From: Escherichia coli
Lineage (GTDB): Bacteria; Pseudomonadota; Gammaproteobacteria; Enterobacterales; Enterobacteriaceae
DNA length: 64,000 bases
Direction: 5' to 3' (one strand)
Assembly: GCF_003018255.1 (NCBI RefSeq)
Contig: NZ_CP027440.1
Shown here: piece after piece, positions 40,566 to 52,876 of the stretch
How positions within the stretch are numbered: position 1 is the first letter of the stretch
Layout: each line of letters opens with the position of its first letter
Translations under genes and position numbers: made by a program
The notes under the pieces: generated by a model
What the model was told of the DNA's origin: nothing
The model's database searches: none
Seen by the model: the letters and a program-made list of their open reading frames with translations, nothing else

Positions 40566-41641
40566 CTGTACTGATTCACGTACTGGGATCGGATATCCCT
40601 CACCATAACCGAACCGTTTTGCGGTTTTTCAATGACGCGCTGGCCGCGACGAGCGAGCACGCGCGCGAGTTTATGGTTGTTGGCAAGGACGACGGCTTAA
40701 GTGATAGCTGTCTGGCGCTTTCTGTGCAATTTTTCCCTGGGAAAAAATCGCTGGCGGAAGCGGTCATCGCGAAAGCAAAAGCTAACCGTCAGCAGCGTTT
40801 TTTCTTCCACGGTCAGTTCAATCCCACACTGTGGCTGGCTCTGCTGAGTGGTGGCATTAAGCCCAGCCAGTTTTACTGGCATATCTGGGGGGCAGACCTG
40901 TACGAACTTTCCAGTGGCTTGAGATATAAGCTTTTTTACCCACTACGTCGCCTGGCGCAAAAGCGAGTCGGCTGTGTATTTGCCACCCGCGGTGATTTGA
41001 GCTTTTTTGCCAAAACGCACCCAAAGGTGCGGGGCGAACTGCTGTACTTCCCGACGCGGATGGACTCTTCTCTTAATACGATGGTGAACGATCGGCAACG
41101 TGAAGTAAAAATGACCATTCTGGTGGGGAACTCCGGTGACCGCAGCAATGAGCATATTGCTGCCTTGCGCGCCGTTCATCAGCAATTTGGCGATACGGTA
41201 AAAGTGGTGGTGCCGATGGGATATCCGCCTAATAACGAAGCGTACATCGAGGAAGTTCGTCAGGCGGGACTGGAGTTATTCAGCGAAGAAAATCTGCAAG
41301 TTCTGAGCGAAAAACTGGAATTTGACGCCTATCTGACGCTACTTCGTCAGTGCGATCTCGGTTACTTTATTTTTGCCCGCCAGCAGGGCATTGGTACGCT
41401 TTGCTTACTGATTCAGGCGGGCATTCCTTGTGTGCTTAACCGGGAAAATCCGTTCTGGCAGGATATGACGGAACAGCATTTGCCAGTACTGTTTACTACC
41501 GATGATCTCAACGAGGATATTGTGCGTGAAGCGCAGCGCCAGTTGGCGTCGGTGGATAAAAACACCATTGCCTTCTTTAGCCCTAACTATCTACAAGGCT
41601 GGCAGCGGGCGTTGGCGATTGCCGCCGGGGAGGTCGCATGA
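40562..41641 (+). CDS. wecF: TDP-Fuc4NAc:lipid II Fuc4NAc transferase
   Basis: 359-aa ORF overlapping neighbours (ATGA junctions). Confidence 0.9.
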   Translation: MTVLIHVLGSDIPHHNRTVLRFFNDALAATSEHAREFMVVGKDDGLSDSCLALSVQFFPGKKSLAEAVIAKAKANRQQRFFFHGQFNPTLWLALLSGGIKPSQFYWHIWGADLYELSSGLRYKLFYPLRRLAQKRVGCVFATRGDLSFFAKTHPKVRGELLYFPTRMDSSLNTMVNDRQREVKMTILVGNSGDRSNEHIAALRAVHQQFGDTVKVVVPMGYPPNNEAYIEEVRQAGLELFSEENLQVLSEKLEFDAYLTLLRQCDLGYFIFARQQGIGTLCLLIQAGIPCVLNRENPFWQDMTEQHLPVLFTTDDLNEDIVREAQRQLASVDKNTIAFFSPNYLQGWQRALAIAAGEVA

Positions 41642-42990
41642 GTCTGCTGCAATTCAGTGGCCTGTTTGTTGTCTGGCTGCTCTGCACGTTGTTTATTGCC
41701 ACGCTGACCTGGTTTGAGTTTCGCCGTGTGCGCTTTAACTTCAATGTCTTCTTTTCATTGCTGTTTTTGCTCACCTTTTTCTTCGGCTTTCCGCTGACCA
41801 GCGTGCTGGTATTTCGCTTTGATGTTGGTGTCGCGCCGCCAGAAATCTTGTTGCAGGCGTTGCTTTCTGCAGGCTGCTTCTACGCGGTTTACTATGTCAC
41901 CTACAAAACCCGTCTACGCAAACGCGTTGCTGATGCACCGCGCCGTCCGCTGTTTACCATGAACCGCGTGGAGACCAATCTCACGTGGGTGATCCTGATG
42001 GGCATCGCTCTGGTGAGCGTCGGCATCTTCTTCATGCACAACGGCTTTTTGCTGTTCCGGCTTAATTCTTACAGTCAGATCTTTTCCAGCGAAGTCTCCG
42101 GCGTGGCATTAAAACGCTTCTTTTACTTTTTCATCCCGGCGATGCTGGTGGTTTATTTTCTGCGCCAGGATAGCAAAGCGTGGCTGTTTTTCCTCGTCAG
42201 CACGGTTGCCTTTGGCTTGTTGACTTACATGATTGTCGGCGGCACTCGCGCCAATATCATCATCGCATTCGCTATCTTCCTGTTTATTGGCATTATTCGC
42301 GGCTGGATTTCGTTGTGGATGCTGGCGGCGGCGGGCGTGCTGGGGATTGTGGGCATGTTCTGGCTGGCGCTAAAACGTTATGGAATGAATGTGAGCGGCG
42401 ATGAAGCGTTCTATACGTTTCTCTATCTCACCCGCGATACCTTTTCGCCGTGGGAGAATCTGGCGTTGCTGTTGCAGAACTACGACAACATCGACTTCCA
42501 GGGCCTGGCTCCCATTGTCCGCGATTTCTATGTCTTTATCCCTTCCTGGCTGTGGCCGGGTCGCCCGAGTATGGTACTGAACTCCGCCAACTACTTTACC
42601 TGGGAAGTGCTGAATAACCACTCCGGGCTGGCGATCTCGCCTACGCTTATAGGCTCACTGGTGGTGATGGGCGGCGCGTTGTTCATCCCGCTCGGGGCGA
42701 TTGTGGTTGGTCTGATCATCAAATGGTTCGACTGGCTGTATGAGCTGGGCAACCGCGAGACTAATCGCTATAAGGCTGCGATATTGCACAGTTTCTGCTT
42801 CGGGGCGATCTTCAATATGATCGTGCTGGCACGTGAAGGGCTGGATTCGTTTGTCTCACGCGTAGTCTTTTTTATCGTGGTCTTCGGCGCATGTCTGATG
42901 ATCGCAAAACTGTTGTACTGGCTTTTTGAAAGCGCCGGACTCATTCATAAACGTACAAAATCATCGCTCCGGACGCAGGTTGAAGGATAA
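41638..42990 (+). CDS. wzyE: ECA polymerase
   Basis: 450-aa polytopic membrane ORF. Confidence 0.9.
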
Positions 42991-42992
42991 CA

Positions 42993-43733
42993 ATGAATAA
43001 CAACACCACGGCACCGACCTATACGCTGCGTGGCTTACAGTTGATTGGTTGGCGTGATATGCAGCACGCCCTCGATTATCTGTTTGCTGACGGGCAGCTT
43101 AAGCAGGGAACGCTGGTTGCCATTAATGCCGAAAAAATGCTGACCATTGAAGATAATGCTGAGGTCAGGGAGCTAATTAACGCTGCCGAATTTAAATATG
43201 CGGATGGCATCAGCGTTGTACGTTCAGTACGTAAAAAGTACCCGCAGGCGCAGGTTTCCCGCGTTGCCGGTGCCGATCTCTGGGAAGAGCTGATGGCGCG
43301 CGCAGGCAAAGAAGGGACGCCGGTATTTCTTGTGGGCGGTAAACCTGAAGTGCTGGCGCAAACTGAAGCTAAACTGCGCAACCAGTGGAATGTGAATATC
43401 GTTGGCAGTCAGGATGGTTATTTTAAACCCGAGCAGCGTCAGGCGCTGTTTGAACGCATTCATGCCAGCGGAGCGCAAATCGTCACCGTTGCGATGGGAT
43501 CGCCAAAGCAGGAGATCTTCATGCGCGACTGCCGTCTGGTGCATCCGGATGCGCTGTATATGGGCGTTGGCGGGACTTACGATGTTTTCACCGGTCACGT
43601 AAAACGTGCACCGAAAATCTGGCAAACGCTGGGGCTGGAGTGGCTCTACCGCCTGCTTTCGCAGCCGAGCCGCATTAAGCGTCAGCTTCGTTTGCTGCGT
43701 TATTTACGCTGGCATTACACCGGCAACCTCTGA
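42993..43733 (+). CDS. wecG: UDP-N-acetyl-D-mannosaminuronic acid transferase
   Basis: 246-aa ORF, last gene of the ECA cluster. Confidence 0.9.
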
Positions 43734-43751
43734 TTTTCCTCTCTCTGTAAA

Positions 43752-43790
43752 GCGACGAAGTGGTCACTTCGTCGCCTTCCTGCTTTTTTA
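43752..43790 (+). terminator. rho-independent terminator after the ECA operon
   Basis: Perfect hairpin gcgacgaagtggtcacttcgtcgc followed by a T-rich tract. Confidence 0.8.
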
Positions 43791-43923
43791 TTACACAAAG
43801 CATTCAAATTTTTAATGCTTTATTTGCCATTTCTCCTGAATTACGAAAACATTCGCAACACTCGATGTACCCATAACGATAACCGGTAACACCGGAAAGC
43901 ATGCAAACACAACACGAGGATTT

Positions 43924-45309
43924 ATGGCAGATAACAAACCAGAGCTACAGCGTGGGCTGGAAGCTCGACATATCGAACTCATCGCCCTGGGGGGCACCAT
44001 TGGCGTCGGCCTGTTTATGGGGGCCGCCAGTACCCTGAAATGGGCCGGGCCATCCGTATTGTTGGCCTATATCATCGCCGGGCTGTTCGTCTTTTTCATC
44101 ATGCGTTCAATGGGCGAAATGTTATTCCTCGAACCGGTTACCGGTTCGTTCGCCGTTTATGCGCATCGCTATATGAGCCCGTTCTTTGGCTATCTCACCG
44201 CCTGGTCTTACTGGTTTATGTGGATGGCGGTGGGGATCTCAGAAATCACCGCCATTGGCGTTTATGTCCAGTTCTGGTTCCCGGAGATGGCGCAGTGGAT
44301 ACCCGCATTGATCGCGGTGGCGCTGGTGGCGCTGGCGAATCTGGCGGCGGTGCGGTTGTACGGCGAAATCGAATTCTGGTTCGCGATGATCAAAGTCACT
44401 ACGATTATCGTGATGATTGTCATTGGCCTGGGCGTGATTTTCTTTGGTTTTGGCAATGGCGGGCAGTCGATTGGTTTTAGCAATCTCACAGAGCATGGCG
44501 GTTTCTTTGCGGGTGGCTGGAAAGGGTTCCTGACCGCATTGTGTATTGTGGTGGCGTCCTACCAGGGCGTGGAGCTGATTGGCATTACTGCCGGTGAAGC
44601 GAAGAATCCGCAGGTGACGCTGCGCAGTGCCGTAGGCAAAGTGTTGTGGCGTATCCTGATTTTCTACGTAGGCGCGATTTTCGTTATCGTCACCATCTTC
44701 CCGTGGAATGAAATAGGCAGTAACGGCAGCCCGTTCGTACTGACTTTCGCCAAAATCGGCATTACCGCAGCGGCGGGCATTATCAACTTTGTGGTGCTGA
44801 CGGCTGCGCTCTCTGGCTGTAACAGCGGCATGTACAGTTGCGGACGTATGCTCTACGCATTGGCGAAAAACCGTCAGTTACCGACGGCGATGGCGAAAGT
44901 TTCCCGTCACGGCGTACCGGTTGCGGGTGTGGCAGTATCTATTGCTATCCTGTTAATTGGCTCATGCCTGAACTACATCATTCCCAATCCGCAGCGTGTG
45001 TTTGTCTACGTCTACAGTGCCAGCGTGCTTCCGGGGATGGTGCCATGGTTTGTGATATTGATTAGCCAGCTGCGTTTTCGTCGTGCGCATAAAGCGGCAA
45101 TTGCCAGCCATCCGTTCCGCTCAATCCTGTTCCCGTGGGCCAACTACGTAACAATGGCATTCCTGATTTGCGTTTTGATCGGCATGTACTTTAATGAAGA
45201 TACGCGTATGTCGCTGTTTGTCGGCATCATCTTTATGCTGACGGTGACGGCGATTTATAAAGTTTTTGGGCTTAATCGCCACGGTAAAGCGCATAAACTG
45301 GAGAAATAA
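43924..45309 (+). CDS. yifK: APC-family amino acid permease YifK
   Basis: 461-aa 12-TM ORF. Confidence 0.9.
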   Translation: MADNKPELQRGLEARHIELIALGGTIGVGLFMGAASTLKWAGPSVLLAYIIAGLFVFFIMRSMGEMLFLEPVTGSFAVYAHRYMSPFFGYLTAWSYWFMWMAVGISEITAIGVYVQFWFPEMAQWIPALIAVALVALANLAAVRLYGEIEFWFAMIKVTTIIVMIVIGLGVIFFGFGNGGQSIGFSNLTEHGGFFAGGWKGFLTALCIVVASYQGVELIGITAGEAKNPQVTLRSAVGKVLWRILIFYVGAIFVIVTIFPWNEIGSNGSPFVLTFAKIGITAAAGIINFVVLTAALSGCNSGMYSCGRMLYALAKNRQLPTAMAKVSRHGVPVAGVAVSIAILLIGSCLNYIIPNPQRVFVYVYSASVLPGMVPWFVILISQLRFRRAHKAAIASHPFRSILFPWANYVTMAFLICVLIGMYFNEDTRMSLFVGIIFMLTVTAIYKVFGLNRHGKAHKLEK

Positions 45310-45411
45310 GCAGCAAAGCGCACAAACCGTAACCAAACGCGCAATTTATTTAAAAAGGGACTAGACAGAGGGGTGGGAAGTCCGTATTATCCACCCCCGC
45401 AACGGCGCTAA

Positions 45412-45488
<77 letters not shown>

Positions 45489-45545
45489 TTTAGTCCCGGC
45501 GCTTGAGCTGCGGTGGTAGTAATACCGCGTAACAAGATTTGTAGT

Positions 45546-45622
45546 GGTGGCTATAGCTCAGTTGGTAGAGCCCTGGATTGTGATTCCAGTTGTCGTGGGT
45601 TCGAATCCCATTAGCCACCCCA
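45546..45622 (+). tRNA. hisR: tRNA-His (GUG) with extra 5' G
   Basis: GGTGGCTATAGCTCAGTTGGTAGAGCCCTGGATTGTGATTCCAGTTGTCGTGGGTTCGAATCCCATTAGCCACCCCA. Confidence 0.93.
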
Positions 45623-45642
45623 TTATTAGAAGTTGTGACAAT

Positions 45643-45729
45643 GCGAAGGTGGCGGAATTGGTAGACGCGCTAGCTTCAGGTGTTAGTGTCCTTACGGACG
45701 TGGGGGTTCAAGTCCCCCCCCTCGCACCA
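45643..45729 (+). tRNA. leuT: tRNA-Leu (CAG)
   Basis: GCGAAGGTGGCGGAATTGGTAGACGCGCTAGCTTCAGGTGTTAGTGTCCTTACGGACGTGGGGGTTCAAGTCCCCCCCCTCGCACCA. Confidence 0.93.
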
Positions 45730-45771
45730 CGACTTTAAAGAATTGAACTAAAAATTCAAAAAGCAGTATTT

Positions 45772-45848
45772 CGGCGAGTAGCGCAGCTTGGTAGCGCAAC
45801 TGGTTTGGGACCAGTGGGTCGGAGGTTCGAATCCTCTCTCGCCGACCA
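45772..45848 (+). tRNA. proM: tRNA-Pro (GGG)
   Basis: CGGCGAGTAGCGCAGCTTGGTAGCGCAACTGGTTTGGGACCAGTGGGTCGGAGGTTCGAATCCTCTCTCGCCGACCA. Confidence 0.93.
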
Positions 45849-45853
45849 ATTTT

Positions 45854-45877
45854 GAACCCCGCTTCGGCGGGGTTTTT
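45854..45877 (+). terminator. terminator after the tRNA cluster
   Basis: aaccccgcttcggcggggtttttt. Confidence 0.85.
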
Positions 45878-45994
45878 TGTTTTCTGTGCATTTCGTCACT
45901 TTCCCTTCGCAATAAACGCCCGTAATAACGCATTGCGCCACGGTATGATTTCGCCCTTAACTTATTGAAGGATGACTTCAGGCAAGGAGCGACC

Positions 45995-47230
45995 ATGCTG
46001 CAACAGGTTCCAACGCGTGCTTTTCATGTGATGGCGAAACCGAGCGGTTCCGATTGTAATCTGAACTGTGACTACTGTTTTTATCTCGAAAAACAATCCC
46101 TTTACCGCGAAAAGCCAGTCACGCATATGGACGATGACACGCTGGAAGCGTATGTCCGTCACTATATCGCTGCCAGCGAAACCCAAAACGAAGTGGCTTT
46201 TACCTGGCAGGGCGGCGAACCAACGTTACTCGGGCTGGATTTTTACCGCCGTGCCGTGGCGCTACAGGCGAAATATGGTGCTGGCAGGAAGATAAGTAAC
46301 AGCTTCCAGACTAACGGCGTGCTGCTTGATGACGAATGGTGTGCATTTCTGGCAGAAAATCATTTTCTTGTAGGGTTATCGCTGGATGGTCCGGCTGAGA
46401 TCCACAATCAATATCGCGTGACCAAAGGTGGCAGACCAACGCATAAGCTGGTGATGCGTGCTCTGACGCTCCTGCAAAAACATCATGTCGACTATAACGT
46501 GCTGGTCTGCGTCAATCGCACCAGTGCGTTACAACCTTTGCAAGTCTATGATTTTCTGTGTGATGCAGGTGTTGAGTTCATCCAGTTTATTCCGGTGGTC
46601 GAGCGCCTGGCTGATGAAACGGCTGCTCATGCTGGACTTAAGCTACATGCTCCCGGCGATATTCAGGGCGAACTGACGGAATGGTCGGTGTGCCCGCAAG
46701 AGTTCGGTGAGTTTCTGGTGGCGATTTTCGACCACTGGATTAAGCGCGACGTCGGCAAGGTTTTCGTAATGAATATCGAATGGGCGTTCGCCAATTTTGT
46801 CGGCGCACCGGGCGCGGTTTGCCATCATCAGCCAACCTGTGGGCGCTCGGTGATTGTTGAACACAACGGCGATGTTTACGCCTGCGATCACTATGTTTAT
46901 CCGCAGTATCGACTAGGGAATATGCTTCAGCAGACGATTGCAGAAATGATTGATTCCCCGCAACAGCAGGCATTTGGTGAAGATAAATTCAAGCAGTTAC
47001 CGGCACAGTGTCGCAGTTGCAACGTGTTAAAAGCGTGCTGGGGAGGCTGCCCGAAACACCGCTTTATGCTCGATGCCAGCGGCAAACCCGGGCTGAATTA
47101 TTTGTGTGCCGGGTATCAGCGTTATTTCCGCCATCTACCGCCATATCTTAAAGCAATGGCTGATTTGCTGGCGCACGGTCGTCCGGCCAGCGACATTATG
47201 CAGGCGCATTTGATGGTGGTGAATAAGTAG
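45995..47230 (+). CDS. aslB: anaerobic sulfatase-maturating enzyme (radical SAM)
   Basis: ORF 45965..47230; 411 aa from MLQQVPTRAFHVMAKP; radical-SAM CNLNCDYC motif plus C-terminal Cys clusters. Confidence 0.92.
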   Translation: MLQQVPTRAFHVMAKPSGSDCNLNCDYCFYLEKQSLYREKPVTHMDDDTLEAYVRHYIAASETQNEVAFTWQGGEPTLLGLDFYRRAVALQAKYGAGRKISNSFQTNGVLLDDEWCAFLAENHFLVGLSLDGPAEIHNQYRVTKGGRPTHKLVMRALTLLQKHHVDYNVLVCVNRTSALQPLQVYDFLCDAGVEFIQFIPVVERLADETAAHAGLKLHAPGDIQGELTEWSVCPQEFGEFLVAIFDHWIKRDVGKVFVMNIEWAFANFVGAPGAVCHHQPTCGRSVIVEHNGDVYACDHYVYPQYRLGNMLQQTIAEMIDSPQQQAFGEDKFKQLPAQCRSCNVLKACWGGCPKHRFMLDASGKPGLNYLCAGYQRYFRHLPPYLKAMADLLAHGRPASDIMQAHLMVVNK

Positions 47231-47232
47231 AA

Positions 47233-47387
47233 ATCGGCGGCCGCCTGCGGTTGATTGCCGGATGCGGCGTGAACGCCTTATCCGGCCTACAATCATTGCA
47301 AATTCAATAAATTGCAGCGTTCTGTAGGCTGGATAAGATGCGTCAGCATCGCATCCGGCAAAGGCAGATCTCAGCGATAGCGCCGGC
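47233..47387. repeat. REP/BIME palindromic elements between aslB and aslA
   Basis: gccggatgcggcgtgaacgccttatccggcctac and inverted copy gtaggctggataagatgcgtcagcatcgcatccggca. Confidence 0.85.
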
Positions 47388-49043
47388 TTAGTCAGATTTA
47401 ATCTGCGCGCGTGGTGGATATTTTTTCAGGATCTCCATATACGCGTGCATTTCGGTCTGTAGCGGTACACCCATCGGAATATGGCGCACGCCGATAGAGT
47501 CGCTTTCCTGCGGATCGGTGTACAGGTTAAACACCGACGATCCCGCCGTTTGCATTACTGTGCCGGTGAATCCACCCTGATATCCGCTCTGGGTATAAGC
47601 GTAAGGTTGCTGAATCAGGACGTGATACTTGAACTCATCCATACGCACAGCAGAAAGTTTACCGTTGAGGAAGTAGTGCTCGGCCTTACGGTTAGACTGA
47701 CCATTTGTTCCCAGGAAGAAAGATGTCTGGTCCACACCATCGATAAAGGTGGTTTTCGGTACTAAATTCGCTACTTTCGCCCCAGGATGCCCCGCCAGAT
47801 CCAGCGCCGTAGGGAAGAGATCCGCCAGATCGACAATGCCGTCAGATTTACGCGGTTGGATCATGCCTTTCCAGTAAACGAAGGTTGGCACACGAACGCC
47901 GCCTTCCCATGTAGAACCTTTCGCACCGCGGAACGGCGTGCGACCGTGCGGCGGAACTTCGGCTTCCGGACCGTTATCAGAGGTGAACACAATCAGCGTG
48001 TTATCAAGCTGACCGTTTTTCTCCAGTGCTTTATACAGATTGGCGAAGATATCGTTCATCTCCACCATGCAGTCGCCGTAAGAGGTGCGCGCCGGAGAGC
48101 TACCCGCATATTTGGCGTTCGGGTAGTTATCGAAGTGACAGCCGCGAGTGCCGTAATAGAGGAAGAAAGGCTTATCACTCTTCGCCATCTTGTCGAGGAA
48201 CTTAACGCCATATTCCATCCAGCGTTGATCCAGGTCTTCCATATATTTCGGCGTAATGTCGGCAATGGCTTCCTGTTCACCGCCGCGCACGGCATGAACG
48301 TCATCTTTGCTAAACGGCAGTTTTTGGATGTATTCAGAACGAGCCGGGCTCAGGGCGACTTCCGGGTTGACATGAACATCACGCCATTCGGTATACATAT
48401 CGGACACCGAGTTAAAGCCGCGGAAATCATCAAAGCCAACGTTCTGCGGCTGCGACTCTTTGTTTTCCCCCATATGCCATTTCCCGATGGCCTGGGTGAC
48501 GTAGCCCTGATCATGCAGCAACTGCGGCAGCGTGGTTAACCCTTGCAGACCGCCCGGTTGCCCGTACATTGGCGGCATCAGAATGCCGTGGTGGATGGAG
48601 TATTGTCCGGTAAGAATCGTGGCGCGGGTTGGGGAAGAACTCGGTTGAGAATACGCCGAAGTTAAAATCAGCCCCTGGCTGGCAACGGCGTCGATATCTG
48701 GTGTAGGGTTACCCACCGCCACGCCGCCGCCGTTAAAGCCAACATCCATCCAGCCCACATCATCCAGCAAGAAAACAACCACGTTCGGTTTCTTACCGGT
48801 TTTTTTCTCAAGTTCTGCCAGCTTCTGCTGGGTTTCTTTGTCTTGTGCAGGATGCTGCATCACCGGCATCATGTTGTCGGCAATAGTGGTCGCCGGTTTA
48901 ACCAGATACTGGTTTGGGTGATCGTATCCGGCAAAGCCTTTGCGTGCGGTGGCGGTTGACGGGGTATCTGCTGCGCTGGCTATGAGAGGAAGAGCTGCGG
49001 CGACAGCAACAACAAGAAGTTTGGGTGAAAACGAAAATTCCAT
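47388..49043 (-). CDS. aslA: arylsulfatase-like protein AslA
   Basis: 551-aa ORF with signal peptide and sulfatase (C/S)xPxR-type signature ([11 protein letters not shown]). Confidence 0.92.
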   Translation of the reverse strand: MEFSFSPKLLVVAVAAALPLIASAADTPSTATARKGFAGYDHPNQYLVKPATTIADNMMPVMQHPAQDKETQQKLAELEKKTGKKPNVVVFLLDDVGWMDVGFNGGGVAVGNPTPDIDAVASQGLILTSAYSQPSSSPTRATILTGQYSIHHGILMPPMYGQPGGLQGLTTLPQLLHDQGYVTQAIGKWHMGENKESQPQNVGFDDFRGFNSVSDMYTEWRDVHVNPEVALSPARSEYIQKLPFSKDDVHAVRGGEQEAIADITPKYMEDLDQRWMEYGVKFLDKMAKSDKPFFLYYGTRGCHFDNYPNAKYAGSSPARTSYGDCMVEMNDIFANLYKALEKNGQLDNTLIVFTSDNGPEAEVPPHGRTPFRGAKGSTWEGGVRVPTFVYWKGMIQPRKSDGIVDLADLFPTALDLAGHPGAKVANLVPKTTFIDGVDQTSFFLGTNGQSNRKAEHYFLNGKLSAVRMDEFKYHVLIQQPYAYTQSGYQGGFTGTVMQTAGSSVFNLYTDPQESDSIGVRHIPMGVPLQTEMHAYMEILKKYPPRAQIKSD

Positions 49044-49467
49044 GCAAAATGCTCCGGTTTCATGTCGTCAAAATGATGACGTAATTAAGCATTGATAATT
49101 GAGATCCCTCTCCCTGACAGGATGATTGCATAAATAATAGTGATAAAAATAAATTATTTATTTATCCAGAAAATGAATTGAAAAATCAGGAGAGCATTTT
49201 CAATCCTACCTCTGGCGCAGGTGATATGTAAGGCGGTGATGTTATATCGCTTTGATTATTGATGCTGTTTTTAGTTTTAACGGCAATTAATATATATGTT
49301 ATTAATTGAATGACTTTTATTATTCATTATATATATGTGTAGAATTGTGCGCAGGAGAAATATTCACTCAGGAAGTTATTACTCAGGAAGCAAAGAGGAT
49401 TACAGAATTATCTCATAACAAGTGTTAAGGGATGTTATTTCCCGGTTCTCTGTGGCATAATAAACGA

Positions 49468-49674
49468 GTAGATGCTCATTCCATCTCTTATGTTCGCCTT
49501 AGTGCCTCATAAACTCCGGAATGACGCAGAGCCGTTTACGGTGCTTATCGTCCACTGACAGATGTCGCTTATGCCTCATCAGACACCATGGACACAACGT
49601 TGAGTGAAGCACCCACTTGTTGTCATACAGACCTGTTTTAACGCCTGCTCCGTAATAAGAGCAGGCGTTTTTTT
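49468..49674 (+). ncRNA. glmZ: sRNA GlmZ
   Basis: Recognised from memory of the K-12 sequence: GTAGATGCTCATTCCATCTCTTATGTTCGCC...; ends in terminator cgcctgctccgtaataagagcaggcgttttttt. Confidence 0.85.
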
Positions 49675-49721
49675 ATGTATCAGAAAGGTCCCGGAGGAGC
49701 TTGCCTCCGGGTGAGAAAGAG

Positions 49722-50918
49722 CTACTGTGGCGGGTTGTTCTGCAACGTTAACATCAAACCGTCGCGACGCATCGCTGCGGCTTCTTCCGGCTTGTGCAGT
49801 CTGTCCAGCGCGTCGGCAAGCCATGCGTAATCGTAGGCGTCCGGACGTTGTTTCAGCGCTGCGCGGAAGGCGAGCGATGCTTCCTGCCATTCTCCGTGTT
49901 TCATCAGCGACTGACCCAGTGTGCTCCACAACAGCGGGCGATCGCCCACGTTTTTGATCTGTTGGCGCAGCACTTTTTCCAGCTGTTCCGGGTTATTGGT
50001 TTTCAGACGCGGGATCGGCAGCAGCAGGCGATCGTCATACTGGCGTTTCAGGCCATCGATGATAATTTGCTGGGCAGTATCATGATCGTCACACTCAATA
50101 AGATGTTCCGCCATTGCCACCTGCAAGGCCACCTGATGACGCGTTTTCCGGCTTTGGTTTTTCCACCAGTTACGCAAACCTTCACTACCGTTATCGGCAC
50201 GCGCCTGATCCATCAGGCCAATCCATGCCTGTTGTTCCAGCATTGCACGATGTTCTTCATCACCAACATGGGCTTTCGCCATTGATGGGATGATATCCAG
50301 CAGCGAACTCCATGCACCAGTGCGGATATACGCCTGTTCCGCCAGACGTAATACTTCCGGATGGCGTGGCGTAACTTCCAGCAGCTTATCCACGCCGTGA
50401 CGTGCTGCATGGTTTTCATTACGGGCCAGTTGCAGACGTACACGGGTGATTTCTACCGGAATGGTGTCATTGCCGGCCAGCTCCGCTGCGCGTTCCAGAT
50501 GTTGGTTGGCGCGTGCTTCATCACCACGTTGTTGCGCGGCTTCGGCTGCCAGTAGATAGTTCACCACCGGTTGTTCAGCGTGATCGGCATTTTTCGCCAT
50601 CAGCTTTTCAACTTGCTGATAATCGCCTTCCGCCAGTTTCAGCAGCGCCTGTTCGGTCTGCTTACGTGCACGGCGACGCTTACGTCCGACAAACCACCCA
50701 CGGGTGTGCGCGCCTGTGCGGAAGATTCGCCGCAGTAGCCACTCAATGGCAAACAGCACTACCATCGCCAGAATCAAAATAATCGCGAGGCCCGTGACGC
50801 TAGTTTCAATATTGTAGTTGTCGGTCTGGATCAGCACGTAACCCTGATGGCCGGCAATCATCGGGCCAACCACGATCCCCGCAATCAGCAACACAAAGAG
50901 CAATAACACTTTTAGCAT
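49722..50918 (-). CDS. hemY: HemY (TPR-containing inner membrane protein)
   Basis: 398-aa ORF, two N-terminal TM helices, downstream of hemX. Confidence 0.92.
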   Translation of the reverse strand: MLKVLLLFVLLIAGIVVGPMIAGHQGYVLIQTDNYNIETSVTGLAIILILAMVVLFAIEWLLRRIFRTGAHTRGWFVGRKRRRARKQTEQALLKLAEGDYQQVEKLMAKNADHAEQPVVNYLLAAEAAQQRGDEARANQHLERAAELAGNDTIPVEITRVRLQLARNENHAARHGVDKLLEVTPRHPEVLRLAEQAYIRTGAWSSLLDIIPSMAKAHVGDEEHRAMLEQQAWIGLMDQARADNGSEGLRNWWKNQSRKTRHQVALQVAMAEHLIECDDHDTAQQIIIDGLKRQYDDRLLLPIPRLKTNNPEQLEKVLRQQIKNVGDRPLLWSTLGQSLMKHGEWQEASLAFRAALKQRPDAYDYAWLADALDRLHKPEEAAAMRRDGLMLTLQNNPPQ

Positions 50919-50920
50919 GG

Positions 50921-52114
50921 TTATTCTCCTTGCGGCGCGGCTGCCGGAGCATCAGCTTGCGGTGTAGGTGCAGGTGCAGGTGCAGGTTTAGCTTCCGTTG
51001 TCCCTGCTGCCGGTTGTGCCAGCAGGTTACGCACGCGGGTCTGCATCAATTTTTCCAGCATCGCCTGGCTTTGCAGGGTTTCCGGAAGATCCATCGAGAT
51101 ATTTTGCTGGCTTAACTGGTCCACCTCGTCGAGGAACGCTTTGGTGGTGGCATCATCAGTATCGTAGTAAGCACGTACCCAGGTGGAGACGTTCTCCAGC
51201 GCCTGGCGATAAGTCTCTTCCTGGTGACGCGGTACAGCTTGTGCTGCGACCAGCAGGCGAGAGCGAATATTTTCGCGCAGATAGATATCCTGATTTGGCG
51301 CTAACAGCGGTACGGCGGTGTCATCACGACGGCGAATCGTAATGAAGTTGTCCATAAAGTTCTGCCAGCTTTTTTGCAGATTGATACGCCATTCGCTGAT
51401 GGAACTGGAAAGCTCTTCACCGTCGGAATCCATCGGCGAACCATCGCTGTCATTATCAGCCAGACGCAGATTATCTACCTGATTTGAAAGCTGATTAAGC
51501 TTAAGGATGATACCGTCATAATCCACCTGCGATACCGCAGAAAGGCTGGCGATATCATCGGTAATTGCCCGACGAACGGTAATCAGACTCGGGTCATTCA
51601 TATCCGCCAGGCTGGCATCTGCACTTTTCAGCAACGCTGCAGCGGTCGTGACGTCTTGATCGCTCCACAGCTTCCGTCCTGCGAGTTTCACCAGAAAATC
51701 GGCCTGAGCCAGCAGCCAGGTTTTAGCATCGCTGCCGGAAATGGTGGCGACCTTTTGTTGGACTTCATCCAACTGTTTTGCCAGCGTTTCTTGCTGACGA
51801 TTCGCCTGCTCAAGCTGTACAGCTTGTTGCTTGATAATGCCTTCCAGCTCGGCTTTTTGGCTCTCCTGGGCTTTTTGCAATGCCGTCAGTTGGTTAGCCA
51901 GGGCATCGCTGGTGGCGGTCTGATTGACGGCCTGTTGTTTACCCCAGCCATACAAACCGACGCCCGCCGCCAGAGCAATAGCGATAGCCACCGCGCTGAG
52001 AATCAATGCGGTATTGTTCTTACTCTTTTTTTCTGTTGCGACAGGTTGTGACGTGGTGTCCACGGCCTCCCTGGTCTCTTCAACCACGGCGGAGGTTTTT
52101 TCTTGTTCCGTCAT
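50921..52114 (-). CDS. hemX: HemX
   Basis: 397-aa [48 protein letters not shown]... with Pro/Ala-rich C-terminus. Confidence 0.9.
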   Translation of the reverse strand: MTEQEKTSAVVEETREAVDTTSQPVATEKKSKNNTALILSAVAIAIALAAGVGLYGWGKQQAVNQTATSDALANQLTALQKAQESQKAELEGIIKQQAVQLEQANRQQETLAKQLDEVQQKVATISGSDAKTWLLAQADFLVKLAGRKLWSDQDVTTAAALLKSADASLADMNDPSLITVRRAITDDIASLSAVSQVDYDGIILKLNQLSNQVDNLRLADNDSDGSPMDSDGEELSSSISEWRINLQKSWQNFMDNFITIRRRDDTAVPLLAPNQDIYLRENIRSRLLVAAQAVPRHQEETYRQALENVSTWVRAYYDTDDATTKAFLDEVDQLSQQNISMDLPETLQSQAMLEKLMQTRVRNLLAQPAAGTTEAKPAPAPAPTPQADAPAAAPQGE

Positions 52115-52135
52115 TATGGCTTCCTGTTATGAGAG

Positions 52136-52876
52136 TTATTGTAATGCCCGTAAAAGCGCATCGTTGTCAGCGTTATCGGCGACCTTAATGTCTTGCCAGC
52201 CCAGTTCCCGGGCGAGTTTCGCCAAACGCTCACTGACGACCAATAGTCGACAGCGTAGTAACCAGTGCTCACGATACCATTGTGGGATCAGCGACCAGAG
52301 TTGCTGCAACATTTCACCGCTGGTAACAACGACCGTCGTCACCTCGCGGGATTGCCAGCGCATCGCTTCTTCTGCACCATCGTAATGGATTGCGCATCGT
52401 TGATAACATTCACAAAAAGTGACCTCAGCACCGCGCGCCGTCAGGGAATCCCCAATTAGCTCACGACCGCCATTGCCACGTAATATCAGCGCACGTTTGC
52501 CCGCAATATTTTGTAATTCAGGTAATTGTAGCAAGACTTCGCTGATTTCCCGATCCTGCGGGTAGAGAATCTTCTGTCCGCTTACGGTATGTAGTGCCAG
52601 TGCGGTGGTGCGTCCAATGGCGAAATAATCAGGTAGTCGGGGCCATTTACGATCTTGCTGATGCAGCTGTGATTGGGCAAAAGCAACCGCGTGTTGCGAG
52701 AGGGCAAACAACAGATCGCTCTCTCCCAGCGCTGCCAGTTGATCAGCAAGTTGCGGTAATTGTCGACCCGGAGAAAACTCAATCAGCGGAAAATGCCAGG
52801 CCACCTGCCCCAGTGTGCGCAGACGGCTCACTAACTCTTCTCCTGCGGGAGACGGGCGGGTGACTAGGATACTCAT
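52136..52876 (-). CDS. hemD: uroporphyrinogen-III synthase
   Basis: 246-aa [37 protein letters not shown]. Confidence 0.93.
   Translation of the reverse strand: MSILVTRPSPAGEELVSRLRTLGQVAWHFPLIEFSPGRQLPQLADQLAALGESDLLFALSQHAVAFAQSQLHQQDRKWPRLPDYFAIGRTTALALHTVSGQKILYPQDREISEVLLQLPELQNIAGKRALILRGNGGRELIGDSLTARGAEVTFCECYQRCAIHYDGAEEAMRWQSREVTTVVVTSGEMLQQLWSLIPQWYREHWLLRCRLLVVSERLAKLARELGWQDIKVADNADNDALLRALQ

Noticed and set aside
50921-50990. Pro/Ala-rich repeat ([23 protein letters not shown]) at the HemX C-terminus, with total length 397 aa against about 393 aa remembered for K-12
   Set aside because: This is a low-complexity tail prone to small in-frame length variation between strains and has no functional implication I can support.
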